A stretch of 64,000 nucleotides of DNA from Syncephalis fuscata S228 (Eukaryota > Fungi > Zoopagomycota): NCBI GenBank assembly GCA_025786725.1, contig JAHLTZ010000008.1, positions 434,001-498,000 on the forward strand. Reading direction: 5' to 3'. Each line of letters starts with the position of its first letter. The stretch's first letter is position 1. The translations under genes and the position numbers were made by a program. This document shows positions 12,592 through 25,328 of this stretch, piece by piece. The notes beneath the pieces are model-generated. The model searched no databases, was not told the DNA's origin, and worked only from the letters and a program-made list of their open reading frames with translations.

Positions 12592-15500
12592 TTAATTAAT
12601 AGTAAAGTAATATGCTATTTGATTTATTAATTTATAAGCTATTTTGTATTTATCAGCAATACCATGGGCGCTGATTTGTTTCTTTTGATAGTCGCGCGCA
12701 TTTTCGCACAAATAATGATGAACTATCCATGGAAATGAAAACAAATGCTCACTATTATCTACAAATTGACGTTCATTCTTGTCATAAGTGATGAAATACC
12801 ATGCCGCGGCTTTCTGGCGAAGTTTCATCTTTAACGTCGGTGATGCAAAGCGCCTCATACGCTGATCATTTGGATAGGATCGCATGTCCTTGGTCAAGTC
12901 TCCGTTGAAATCTTCATTAAATTCGGCTTCAAATCGACGCAAAAATTCTCTTTGTATCCCGCGCATGACCTGCACTAGTTGTATACGCAAATCATGAGCT
13001 TTTCGGTAGTTGAGCTGCGAAAAGGTAAGAATCCAGCCACTGATAATCTCCCACTCGGTGTTAATTTCAAACTGTTGCATTACATCGCGTATGGTAGCGT
13101 CGTAGTCGCGCTTTGTTGCAACCGCATCATTAATAAACATTTCATAACCATCAATAAGAAACTGTTTCTCTGCTGTTGCTTCTGTGGCCGGCTTGAAATC
13201 GCTAAGAGTAATGGAGCGATAAATTTGACCAAGTGGACTTTTGGATACATAGTTCGGCAAATGGCTCTTGTTCATAAAGTCTGGAAAGCGAATTGGCCGA
13301 AGATCTTGCGGCAACCAGGCGGAACGCCTGATTTCGGAAAATCAACAGCACATGAGTGCAAACGAGCTAACTCTAAGCAGATATGGTGTTTTGCGCCGTC
13401 AATTTGTTGGTCAGATTGAGCCATGTGCGCATTGGAAATCTGACCAAGATTATCACTGACAATGTAATCAACAAAGAACTTCATTGCAGTTACTTAGTAC
13501 ATTTATAGCATGCTGCAATAAAATTTATACCTTTTTAATATCATCCATAGTGATATAATCTTTGTTTACTGCAACTTGACCTGCATTCGACATGGGTGGA
13601 TGTACCTGTGATGGAATTAGCTCTTGATCCCAGATACATCTATTATAATTAGCCACCAACGATCAATTAAAATTGGTGGTATAATGTGTGCTTTCAACTC
13701 ACGTAAATTCGTCACCATCTAGATCACCACCACCACATTGGCTAGGAGTATCTCGAATTCCATGCTGACTAAACACAATGCAGTCTACATAATGATATAA
13801 TTCGGGAACATCAACAGCTTTTACCACGCGTATATCGCCTGGGTGAATAGCAGGATTGCGAAATAATGCACATCGTCCAACGATTACACGACGTTGATTT
13901 GGTTCCAATGGATCTACAAACTGTACAAATATTTCATTGGCACCAAGCTTTCCAGTTTCATCCAAAATGCCCAATAACGATACGCTATCATCGATAATAA
14001 TCGCGCCTTTTCACGAAGGTCACGCAAAAGACAGGCACGAAACAATCGCAGCAGGTTATATACATAAGGGTCGTCCTGCTTTAACATGCCAATTTGTACC
14101 AACTCTATTAGACTGCGAGTGACGGGACATCCAGTTAAATTACGCTGTAAAACACGTATTGCAGTTGCTGGACTTTGTAACATACTATCAAGCTGACGTA
14201 CTACTTGATCTTTACGCTCCAAAATAACGCTAGAGGGAACATTTAGCGTAGTTAATAACGTAATCACTTGACGATTGAGATGTCCTGGTGCGTATACTGC
14301 ATGTCGGACAATCTCTAGCTTTGTGTGCGTAGAATCAAACTTTTTTGGCTTGGACGTAATACTACTGTATTACCCGTCAATACGGGATCTACTGAAAACA
14401 TGCCTTTACAACCGCCTAGACGAAATTGAAAAGCACTGGGACGTCGAGATAGGCCTAGTGCCTCTTTAACGTGCTCAGCCACAGCAGGAGAAGTGCAGCC
14501 AACGCCATCTGAGAAACAGTAGCCATTACGTTCAACATCTGTAATATATCCAATATTATCAATTTTCAATCCTTTGACAGCCTTGGTCCCTGAAAAGCAT
14601 TGGCCCATACGTGCTGCGTAACGCGCAACTTGTTTGATTTTTGAAAAATCGCCCATCCACTGGCGTATAGTATCTGCCGTAACACCACCTGGTTTATAAT
14701 CGGATGCAAAAAACCAACAGCCGTGTTCACGTAGCTGGCTTGAAGAAAATGCTAGAAATTTAAAATGTAGACCGGCTACATGAATACCGTGTTGCAGCAC
14801 ATGGCTAATGCGTGAATGTAATTCCTCAAACAGCCGTTTACTAGCACCTATTCGTAGAAAATTCTCATCCAAGAACTGAACACGCATAAAATGGTCACCA
14901 TATTCGGGAAATTTGCGCAATACCCGGTTAGAAGTTTCAATTGTAGGTGCCAAAAGAAACACTTTTGTTGGTGTAATAATAGCTTTACGTATGTTGACGC
15001 AGTAATCGGGCAGTACACTACGTCCAATATTCTGCATAACAGCAGATTCATTGTTACCTGAAGCAGTACGTAGTTTTTTCATGCAGCTTTCCAGCTCAGT
15101 GGTCAAATTATTTGAATAAAGCCTTTGAGCACCAATGTTTTTCAATGCAGCTACTGCCAGCTCTTCGGACTTTTCTCTAGCTAAAAGTTCCAGAAATCGA
15201 CGCTCGATACTATATTCTGAAAACACTCGTGTAGTAACATAGTGTGCAAGTAAATATCGCACTGAAAAGTACGGAATGTTTACTGAATCTAATGGTGTAG
15301 CTACAACTTCGTGGCGCTTTACCGTTTTAGGTATAGGCATTTGTGTAAAGATTTCATTAGTGGGTAATATCCAGCCGGAATGTGGTGTACTTTCCGCGTC
15401 AGTTGTAGAGACTACTTCAGCCATTGGTTTGGTAGGTGTACATATTGTTTTGTCTTCTGGTAGCCTATGTATTCCATATAATTGACCGCCATCCAGCATA

Positions 15501-16100
15501 CCCAAAAAACGGTACGCTAATTTTCTTTGTCGTCGACCATTAAATCTAAAGTGTAGTCGATAATCAAGCCATTTACCAAGCATAATTTCATCGCTACACG
15601 TGTTTCCTGACTCTATACTACCAACACCAAGGCCACTGATTTGAGTCTGAGGCCATCTAGTGGTGTGCATTCTAGTTATTCGTTTCCATTGATCTTGCCG
15701 TGACCAGTTAAAGCGAGATTTTGTATTTGACTTATCGTCGTATTGCCAAATACGCGGCGGCTGCGATAATTGCAAATGAAGCACCATAGTTTTAGGAACA
15801 TCCAGTTTGCTTTGAAAGCATTCCAATTGCGCATTAGCTTTTTTCTGATTTCTCCAAAGGCGATATCCACACGGCGTCTCGTTAACGCCCAGTTCAAAGC
15901 GATGATTTATACCAAGATGTTTAAAAGATATACGGCATTTTCCTGACTGTGGTGCCAGCTCAAAACGTACACCTTCGTTAAATTTCCAACACGACATATA
16001 GCTTTCGCTTGTGATTTGAGATCCAATTTCAAAAGTCTCTACTTTAAACGAAGACCACGAAAACTTTTCTTTGCTGTTTGATCTGCTACTACTCACTGCT

Positions 16101-16136
<36 letters not shown>

Positions 16137-16522
16137 CCATAGCCATCATCCAGTACTTCTGTTTTTAGCGGTGCATCATACAGTAGCAATGGCTGGCTAT
16201 TTTCCTTTAAAAATTCTGGCCATGGATTCGGCACCGGTTGATAGCAAACGGTTGCATGGCCAGAATGGCTGTTTTCGTCATACTCACTTCTTTCCAAGTT
16301 TAAACTAAATACACGGCCATATTCCGAAAAAAGTACATGTAGATCGGCTGCAGAAGCCGAAGCAGGCACATGTTCCACGGCCACTACAAGATATTTTAAT
16401 GGCGTATAGTTTTTGTTGTAGCCTCCAAAGATGCTAGTCGACTGACTGCCTCTTCCTTCTAATTCCCCGCCTAAACTGAGGTCAAGTGTATTCGAAACAA
16501 GCTGACGTAGCAGCTCGTCCAT
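12592..16522 (-). CDS. Cellular (RNAi) RNA-dependent RNA polymerase with N-terminal RRM-like region
   Basis: ETSNRVLR, FLAFSSSQLREHGCWF, ARMGQCFS, FSDGVG, AFQFRLGGCKG, RNPAIHPGD, catalytic GGDLDGD and AVDFPKSG. Introns 13640-13702 and 13479-13530. 1-nt frameshifts near 14343, 14001 and 13321. Confidence 0.95.
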
Positions 16523-16888
16523 AGTGTATTGTTGTATGAAATATTTATTTATTTGAATATAAAGCTGTATGTGACTGAAAAGGTGGTAAAGAAGCGGTTA
16601 GAGACAGTTTTCAATGCTCAAGGCAATATCAGTAGCTGTGACTTCGTGCTACCTATGGTACACACTTTTTGGACAATTACAACAGCTGCAATATATAATA
16701 TAGCAATTGAAGTCGAAAAGTCGAAACCAATGTGCACGAATGTGCTATTAGTTGCTTAAGTGGCATCTCCAGGCTTGAATCAATATAACGATATAAAGTC
16801 TGCGTATTACAATTAGTTACATTCGATATAGCTACATTACAGTATTTATTTTAACAACAATATTAATGAATTGTTTGGCTGCTTTATT

Positions 16889-17617
16889 TATATTGTCGGT
16901 TATTTTTTATTAACAAATTATTAAATACTTATAATTTAATGGTTAAATGACTAAATTTAATAACATTTAGTTTATTGAACATGATGGTGGGTGGTGAGTG
17001 ACATCAAAGTTTAAAAATACTCATCATTGTAGATTTATTATCCAGTATGCATATACTCATTACGCATCTATACATATTCTATTCACCTATATCATTGACA
17101 ATGTACACCTATACTATTATATATATATTCCATTGCTATAGGCTTTAATTAAATATAGCTTGCTAAATAAATAAAGTGAATGCGTCGAAATTTACTAATA
17201 ATAGTGCTAGAACAAAAATAAAAATAGTTTTGGATAGAGCAAGGATATATAAGTATAGAATAATATATAAAATGATAAATGTACAATAAGAAAGCATATA
17301 AAAATGTTAAAGTTATAGTGCATATAATGCAATGAGAAGAATGAGTGAAATATATGGAACATATAAACAATAGAATGTGTCTAGTATATCATAGAATGAT
17401 GTATAGTAGTATGGATATGCAACAGAAATGAAATAAAATGATGGAGAACATATGCATACTGGATAATGAATCTATGGTGATGAATATTTTAAACTTTGAT
17501 GTCACTCACCATCCATCATCATGTTCAATAGAAAAAATATCTAATTTAATTACGCGAATGTTATTAGATTTGCTCATTTGACCACCAAATCACACTAGAT
17601 CGTTAATAAAAAATAAA
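16889..17617. mobile_element. Non-autonomous foldback/MITE element, most complete copy
   Basis: ~80-bp core inverted repeats at 16973-17054 and 17451-17530 (tattgaacatgatggtgggtggtgagtgacatcaaagtttaaaa...), extending outward with indels. No ORF inside. Confidence 0.8.
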
Positions 17618-17706
17618 AAATAATTGGTTTTAATTTGATGACTTTATAGTAAACTTTAATTATATAGATTACAAACAGTTATTTAATTTATTATAGACAT
17701 TGCCAA

Positions 17707-19492
17707 TTACTGAACAGCTTTGTTAGTCATACATGTATAGCTGGACATCTCACTCGAGCTATCACCAGTTACACCACTGCTGTAACGTCGGCTGGGATTT
17801 GCAATCCTTAAACGCGGTGTATAATCCAGCGAATCATGCAAATCGCTGGCAATAGAACCAATTGCCGGACCAACCGGCCTTAAGTCATACCAGTCTTGAT
17901 TCTCAGGACAGGGCGGCAGATTATGAAGCGGCGGAAATACATCGTTTAAACTACTACGTCTTACGCCGCCATTCTGCTCATCGTAACTTTGTGGGCGCAT
18001 TGTGGCGGTCTGAGCTGTCCTGGCCCCTACACCACCGTAAGGCGATTGGCCTGCCTCAATACCGCGCAGAACAGCCCGTCTATCAACGTGAAAACTGCCC
18101 TTTCTTCCATCCTGGTCGTCACTTTCCTCTCCGCCATAATAAAAGCTATAATCATCATCTTTTACTTCAGATGGAGCAGTACTCATGGTAGCCGACGAGG
18201 AAGAGTTACGATCTTGATGATGAGGTGATTTCACAGGCGATTTGGATGCACTAACCGTAGCAATAATGCCCGAACCGTTGGGTGATATCGTAGTGGGATA
18301 ATGTGTGGTGGCAAGTGTTTTAGAACGATCACGACGTATATGTTTTGTCCACCACCGACTTGCACCGTTTACTTCATCCATATTTTTATCAGTTGCCGAT
18401 GTCTGGCATCGACGACGACCACGATATGATTCGTTAAATCCAGACCTAGAATTACTGCTTTTTCCATTCGATGATGCTACATCATCACCGTCATTATCAT
18501 CATCATCATCATGACTGTCATCATCATAGTTATCATTATTTCGCGCACTGCCTTTGCTGGATTGACGCTGTTTAGTACTAGCATTATCATGTGTACTTGA
18601 CTGTTTGTGCGTTCGTTTAAAGAAACAGCCCCGCTGCTTCTTATATCGACTTTTATTCGCTATGGTAGATGCGTTGATATCGTTATTACCATATCGATGC
18701 TGATTGCTAGTATCTATTAAACTAGGACGCAAATAGCACCAGTAGAATAAAGTGCAAGCTATTACTGTAAAAAACATTGTACCTACAGATGCGCCACTTG
18801 TAATGGCCGCACAATTTAATGATGAAAAGTCGGAAAATGCAGTACGAGATGTAGTATTAGCTCTTTCGGCCATTGCCATAGCCACACCTGTGTTGGCACT
18901 AGTAAAAGCAGTAGTTAATGGTAAATAGTACAAATCGGCTATAATATTGTTGTTTGTTGGATATTCCCCCGCAGTAAATAGTGGAGTTACCACTACATGG
19001 TGCACTGCATTTGTTATCTGCAACCTTAATTACTGTCTTATCAGAAGAAAGTTTAGGTCCAGCTGCGTAATCATGTGCACACCGACAATTGTTTCCATGA
19101 TAAATTAAGGCCCATTGAAAGTAAAATCTTCTACAGTGTTGTTGGCATACTGTTGGCGTCATCCATTGATGCGCTTCTGGATCGGGTAGATCTAGTTGAC
19201 CCAGTGCATCAAAGTGTATTGTTGGATTTGATAGTTGAAAACATCCTTGTCGTATTGCTGAACGAATCGAGTTATTATTAAGAGCAGGTATTGTAGTTGT
19301 AGTTGTAGTAATATGGCTATTATTACTACCGTTATTATCTATCTTTAGTGATTGTGCTGTCGCATCGTTCAATGGTAACGAGCCAGCAGTAGAGAAGCAC
19401 TGACAAAGAAAGCCATATAGTGTGAATAGTAGCTTAAAGGTAGAATAAAACCACAAATGATTATGTCTAATAGCTAGACTTTTGTGCTTCAT
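17707..19492 (-). CDS. WSC-domain single-pass membrane protein (cell-wall sensor-like)
   Basis: Hydrophobic N-terminus. WSC cysteine pattern QGCF..MTPTVCQQHC..GNNCRCA..CSAPCSGNSTIYCGG. TM helix VGTMFFTVIACTLFYWCYL, then a long disordered tail. Frame change at the G-run near 18966-18970. Confidence 0.82.
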
Positions 19493-19649
19493 CCTATAAA
19501 TAAAATTAAAGTGATTACGCTGTTTATACTTTATATACAATAATATATATAACTAGAGTTTGATAATCAATAGAATAAAAAGAAATAAACGAGCTGTATA
19601 GGTATATGGAGAGTTTAAGCAATGGGAGAAATAAAGGAGAGCGTGTAAA

Positions 19650-22014
19650 ATGGCCAGTAATTCATTTTACGAATGGCGGAGTTTTCTTCTCTTTCCCCTT
19701 GCCTTATTTGGGACTAACTACTATTTAACAACAACTCACTTTCATTATTTAGTCGCCATTGTTTTTTGTGTATGGCCTTTTATGAATCTTGCCCATCAGT
19801 CCACCCACCATAGCCATAGCCATAGTAGAAACAATAACGGTTTGAGGTTACCCATTGCCACCCATGACTTATTAGCTGTTACAATGACTAGCCAATCCTC
19901 ATTTTCCCCTTTATTAACGCTGTCACCACCGACTAAGCGACGTCGAAGACAGTCTAGCATGCCGACACTGAGTAAGCCACGGCGGGTTGGTGGGCCTGCT
20001 TTAGGCTGCCGGGTCAACTCTACCTTGACGCTAGTGCCAGAGACGGCGGCTTTAACAAATACCCGTGGCATGGCACCCATGCCTAGTCACCGCCATACAA
20101 AATCGGGTAGTAATGCCGGCCATAGTACACCGATGAGTTTAGTTATCTATGCTTATGGGGGATTTCATCAATACAGCGATGAAGTCTATGGCGATCTACA
20201 TCGATTGACACTGGATCCATTGTGCTGGGAACCACTTATGGTGCGAAGTGATGTTGATCATGGATCAGTCCGTCATCAACATGCAATAGACGATACGTTG
20301 ATGGATAATGATTTGCCAGCCCGATATGATCATACAACATTGCTATGGCGTGATCGTGTTCTGGTAGTGTTTGGTGGGCATGATTTAGATGGGCATGCAT
20401 TGTCGGATACACTATTGATAGATTTAAATACACATCCTGAAGGTGACAGTATTGCTCGATGGCGTTTTGCAGAATGCCACGGCTCTTTGCCTATGGGACG
20501 AGCTAAACATGCTGCGGCCATTATAGATGATATACTATATGTATCTGGTGGATATCGACATGCTAATGGGACAGCTAGCGTATTAGGCGACCTATGTCGC
20601 CTTAATCTACTAACTGGTGAATGGTTGGAGCCTGTGGTATTTACAGCGCGATATTCACATCAGCTACTAGTTTGTGATGATGGACGATTACTGGCCTACG
20701 GCGGTTATAATTCAGAGATGGAGGCATTAAGTGAGCTGGCTTTCTTTGATCCATCCATATCAAGTATCTCCTATGTAGCTGAGGAAGCCCTAGTAGATGA
20801 TCAATTATCCATATCGCCAGAACAACAACAACAACATCAACAGCACCAACAGCAACAGCAACAAAATCATCATCAGCAACAGCAACAGCAGCAACAAATA
20901 ACCCGTGTGTTTGTACAAGGTGACCAAGCGCCGGGTAAATCGGGCCAGCATTTTGCTGGCATATTTGGCGATCGATTAGTTGTGCTAGTAACACGCTGTG
21001 TCAGTTCAGGCCATTCAGACTTGGTTGGACTATGGTCGTTAGATCTACCACGACTGGTGTGGCGTCGACATGCCGAGGCCGATGAACTAGCCGAACAATT
21101 AGCAGCTGGTAGCTGGCATTACGCAGTGCCATCCCATGAAGGCGATCGATGGTGGCTATTTGGTGCAGCGGAAAATACGGATGCTGAAGAGTATTTGGGT
21201 ACTGTAGTAGAACTGGATCTTCGAGAACACGGTGTACTCCCAATGCCGCCATCGGATATTGGCGATAATCTGATTAGGTAATCACTACTAGTACACTATT
21301 TAACAAAATAACTATTTAACGGTTAGATGATTTGTATTATACAGTATGCTGAACGATGCACGATTTGCCGACTTTACCATTACAGCTCTGGACACATCGG
21401 CTATAGGAGAGTCGAGTGATGAAGATATGATGGGCCAGATCGTTTCATTTCGTGTTCATCGCTGTATTATTGCATCAAGGTGGCCTCATTTTGCGAATAT
21501 GCTAGCATCGGACACGTTAGAGGCCACACAAGGAGAGCTACATTTACCAGAGCCGGCACGAGTAGTACAAGCATTTCTGCGCTATTTGTATTCGGATACA
21601 CTTGAGGTGACGTCAACAACAGCCACCGCTACAATGGTATCTTCATCGACACATATCATTGATTCAAATGCTGTTAAAAATGCAACTACTCATTCAAGTA
21701 TATCTGATAGCAACGATGATATTACTGCACGTTTATTAGTATTAGCTAATCTTTATTGCTTGCCACGATTACAGCGACTATGTTGTCAACGACTACACGA
21801 TACACTTAATACGGAAAATGCTGCATCTATTTGGCAGCATGCCCGTGCCGCTGGGGAACATGGGTTATCACGACGCGTTACAAGATTTATTTTTGAACAT
21901 TTTGGCGTTGTGTGTCAAACGGTAGGATTTCGTCGTTTACACCCAAACGACTTGGCTTATCTTTGGGATCATGTGCCGACTGACGCTAGAATTTGCGTTG
22001 AAGTAAATCTATAA
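19650..22014 (+). CDS. Kelch-repeat plus C-terminal BTB/POZ protein (LZTR1-like cullin-3 adaptor architecture)
   Basis: Kelch GG motifs (YAYGG, VVFGG, YVSGG, LAYGG, WLFG). Intron 21278-21344. BTB signature FADFTI..FRVHRCIIASRWPHFANML..FLRYLYSD..LANLYCLPRLQRLC. The true start may be a downstream ATG (e.g. 19884). Poly-Q at 20820-20897. Confidence 0.88.
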
Positions 22015-23189
22015 GTGTAAAATAAGTAAATAAAAAGTATATTACCCAAGATATAAAAAGATTTAAAAAAATAAACTATGATTAAATTAACGATAACACA
22101 CTAGTTATTTAGCATGATTTAATGGCCAAAAAATCTTGTTCAATTAATAAATATATGATAAGATGGTAGTGAAATTCAAGCAATCAATAAAGTATTACAA
22201 CCTATCGGGTATTTTTTAGCATCCTTACATTAATTTATGATCAAACAATTAACGACACCAATACACCAGACTAATGTTTGATTATCAAAGGTGTTGTTAC
22301 TTAACATCAGTAGTTGGTACAAAAATCAATTATTAATAATAAGACCAGCGTCAGCAATTAGTTACATGGTGTTGAAAATAGCCTATTCATTCCTTTGACC
22401 AAGCCTCAATGTCACATTAAATGAACTTGTAAACCAGTCAATACATTTTTATAATTTAAAAATTCAAGTTGGTCATACGATTACTCATAATTAATACAAA
22501 CAATCAACTGCTAACAATGAGACTTGTATCGATAGTTATTTGCATGGGATTAAATAAAATCTGTTATTCTCGTAGTTAAATTGAAATGCCACATTGCATG
22601 AATTTTTAAAGCAAACAGTATATTTTTAAATTTAGAATTCTAGCCAGCTTATGCACAACTTAGATATCTATAAACGAATACAAGCTCAGTGCACTATGTT
22701 AATGCTAAATTACTGTCATACGTTGTTTAAAAATGTACAAATATTAGGGCCGAGTTTGCTAGTAAAGACGGCTGTAAAACTATGGTAGTATATCGCAATG
22801 TTCCAACGAAACCAATATGTTTCATTTGTGATGCATGGCCAAGTTCTGCAATGCAGCAATATAATCATATTGCAATGCTATCACATATGCACGGAATCAC
22901 CGGAATTGCCGCATTATTCGTGTAAATGTCAAGCGTATTGAGATTAAACCCACTACTTATTCTTTAAGCAATATTTACAACGTCATATTGGACGGACATG
23001 TAAATCATTTTATCTATTGTTAAAAAAATCACAACTAGTTTACGCACCACAGTGCATATCTATAAATAAATGCAATTTTGATGCACTGTATCATTGTTAT
23101 ATCGACGTTGAGCAATGCTTGAAATTAATATTGCTACCAAAAGTTGGAATTGGGGCGAAAGTGGCAGTAAAGGCATAGTGATGCATTGC

Positions 23190-23830
23190 TGCTGTTACCG
23201 TAGAACTAATAGATCCAGTTTGCACCGTATAGGCGAGTTGTGTAACGGCATAGTACACGTGAATAGGTAGATTTCTATCTCGTGTGTACCGGATTATTGG
23301 CATTGCTGCTTCATCTGTCTATATGTCGAGTGGTTTAAAGGAAGGAAACAGCAACGGGGTATCATTGCTCCTGTAGAACCAGTAGATTTAGTCTGCGCTG
23401 CGTAGTTGTATCGTATGATGAAACAATAGAATTAATGAATTTCTACCACACATATACCAGATAGCCAGCATTGTATAATTATAATGTGTAATAAATTGAC
23501 TTACAATCAAGTGGCATAATAGGTAAACAAAATAAAAGGCAATTTTCTATTAATTGGTATAGACAGTGGGCTTTCTATAATGCATAAGAGGTTGTAATGA
23601 GAGCTTGTATATGTGATCGTTGCTTTGTGCATAGGCATTTGTTTATGCATGAGTATAGTACAGTCGTCAGAGATACTGTCACACTACTGACTATGTGTCG
23701 AGTAGTTTGAAGGAAGGAAGCAGTAATAAATATCATTGCTCCTGTAGAACCAATAGATTTAGCCTGCGTTGCATAGTTGTATCATATAGTGTAACAATAA
23801 AATTGATAGATGCATTTCTATTACATGTGT
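23190..23830 (-). repeat. Degenerate ~130-bp direct repeats (two clear copies, one weak), possibly duplicated exons of a dead gene
   Basis: 23322-23455 and 23694-23830 share tgtcgagt..aaggaagga..tatcattgctcctgtagaacca.tagatttag.ctgcg. Weaker copy at 23190-23285. Confidence 0.6.
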
Positions 23831-24179
23831 ATTGTATGATGATATTGTTGTTACATCACTATGTAAATGCGGAGCAAGTTGAAGCAAGGACCTGAATGCA
23901 CACTAGCATACAATCAATCTGTTGGTGTATTTATGTTTCAAGCCATCATAGAAACAGGTTATTATTAGCCCACACTGTCCATCAATGATATTGTTCATAG
24001 AATATAGCATACTGGTATCTCAGCAAAATTATAGATTTAAATAGCTTGCAAAATATACACATCTAGCTAGTCGTATCATCATCACACTCTGCTTTCTACC
24101 AAATACTCACTACTGTCTACTTTATACCACTGCACTCTATTATCTATTTTACTTTTTGTTTTAACAAATCAATATCAGC

Positions 24180-24332
24180 ATGAAGCTTTCCATTGCCGTC
24201 GTTTGCACCATCCTTGTGGCCTTGGTAGCTACTACAGCTATCGTGGATGCTAAGCCAGCTCGAGTCCGTCGTGCCGTCGCATCATTGAATAGAAGAGAAA
24301 TAAACAAAAGAGCTGTTAGCGCTCCATTCTAA
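24180..24332 (+). CDS. 50-aa secreted peptide precursor with dibasic (Kex2-type) sites; absent from the ORF track
   Basis: MKLSIAVVCTILVALVATTAIVDA-KPARVRR-AVASLNRR-EINKR-AVSAPF*. Clear signal peptide, pyrimidine-rich leader, GC-richer codons than flanks, and a paralog at 50531. Confidence 0.75.
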   Translation: MKLSIAVVCTILVALVATTAIVDAKPARVRRAVASLNRREINKRAVSAPF

Positions 24333-24902
24333 TTGGGACATTCAAGACATTGGAATTAGTAGTAAATTGGACTTTCAGTTCAATTTACTTTAGGCATATA
24401 TCCGGCGCAAATCAAGATCATTTGACAACTACCCGTTTAGTCTAGTAATATATCAAGTTCCAACCAATGCTCCGATCTATTCAATTTCTAACCAATGGCA
24501 CCATTGTATCATTAACAGGCCTTGGATTTAGTTGTACCTATTCAACTATTCAGTTTTTTATTAATAAATACATGGTTTCATTCTAACTTGACCAAGTTAT
24601 CATTTTTATGCTCGTGTTTTATTTGCATTAGGCAATTAGCAATAATAATTAATTAAATACATTTTTAAATTTACACACTTTAGCACTTCAAAATAGTTAA
24701 ATGCTTTCTTAATAACTTTTACTTTTATTATTTAGCTGTTCATGTAAAATTTAATACTGCCTAATTAGCTATAGCCATTCTAATCGTTTGACCGACCATT
24801 GCTAGCATTCTCCGCATAAATACTGTGCTTATTTATCACACTGCGAGAATGACAAATACTATTTATAAACAGATGAGTTTAATTCATTAATAAATGAAGT
24901 GT

Positions 24903-25148
24903 AAATAATAAAAGTCAATCTACCCAGCATGTCAGTACATCATAGAACAAGTGAAGCAATAGTGAATTAAGAATAAGTCATTTGACACCAAAACTACTCA
25001 TTATCATAGAACGTATATTCAGTATATTAAAAGATCAATTAAAAGAATAAAAGTCATTTACACCCAAAAAACACTCATTATCCTAGAACATGTTGTCAGT
25101 ATAATAGCGAATGTATTAAAAGAATAAAGTCATTTGGCACCAAAAATC
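24903..25148. repeat. Tandem ~72-77-bp repeat (three copies plus one degenerate)
   Basis: attaa(aa)gaataa(a)agtcattt.cacc.aaaa..actcattatc.tagaac recurs at about 24966, 25038 and 25115. Confidence 0.7.
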
Positions 25149-25328
25149 GATAATAAAAGATATTAATTTCCACCGCATTATAGAAGATAGAATAATAATT
25201 TCAGCTAAATATGTTAGACCATAGTTTGAAAAATAAAAACAATTAAAAGTGGCTAATTGGACCAATATATAACAAAGCTATTTAATTTCCTGAAAGAACG
25301 AACATGATAGTGCAAACAACAACTGCAG

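Noticed and set aside
8264-16522. Calling the protease and RdRP pseudogenes
   Set aside because: Only single-base deletions, no nonsense codons, catalytic residues intact; assembly error is more parsimonious.
18898-18930. 33-nt GT-AG intron to join the WSC ORFs
   Set aside because: Its removal keeps the wrong frame and hits a stop; an indel near the G-run fits better.
22600-22930. Protein-like stretch with CFICDAW...HMHG
   Set aside because: Interrupted by stops and no family could be assigned; possibly a decayed gene or TE.
24903-25148. CRISPR-like repeat/spacer look
   Set aside because: Eukaryotic context, no cas genes, degenerate ~50-bp repeats and partly related spacers.
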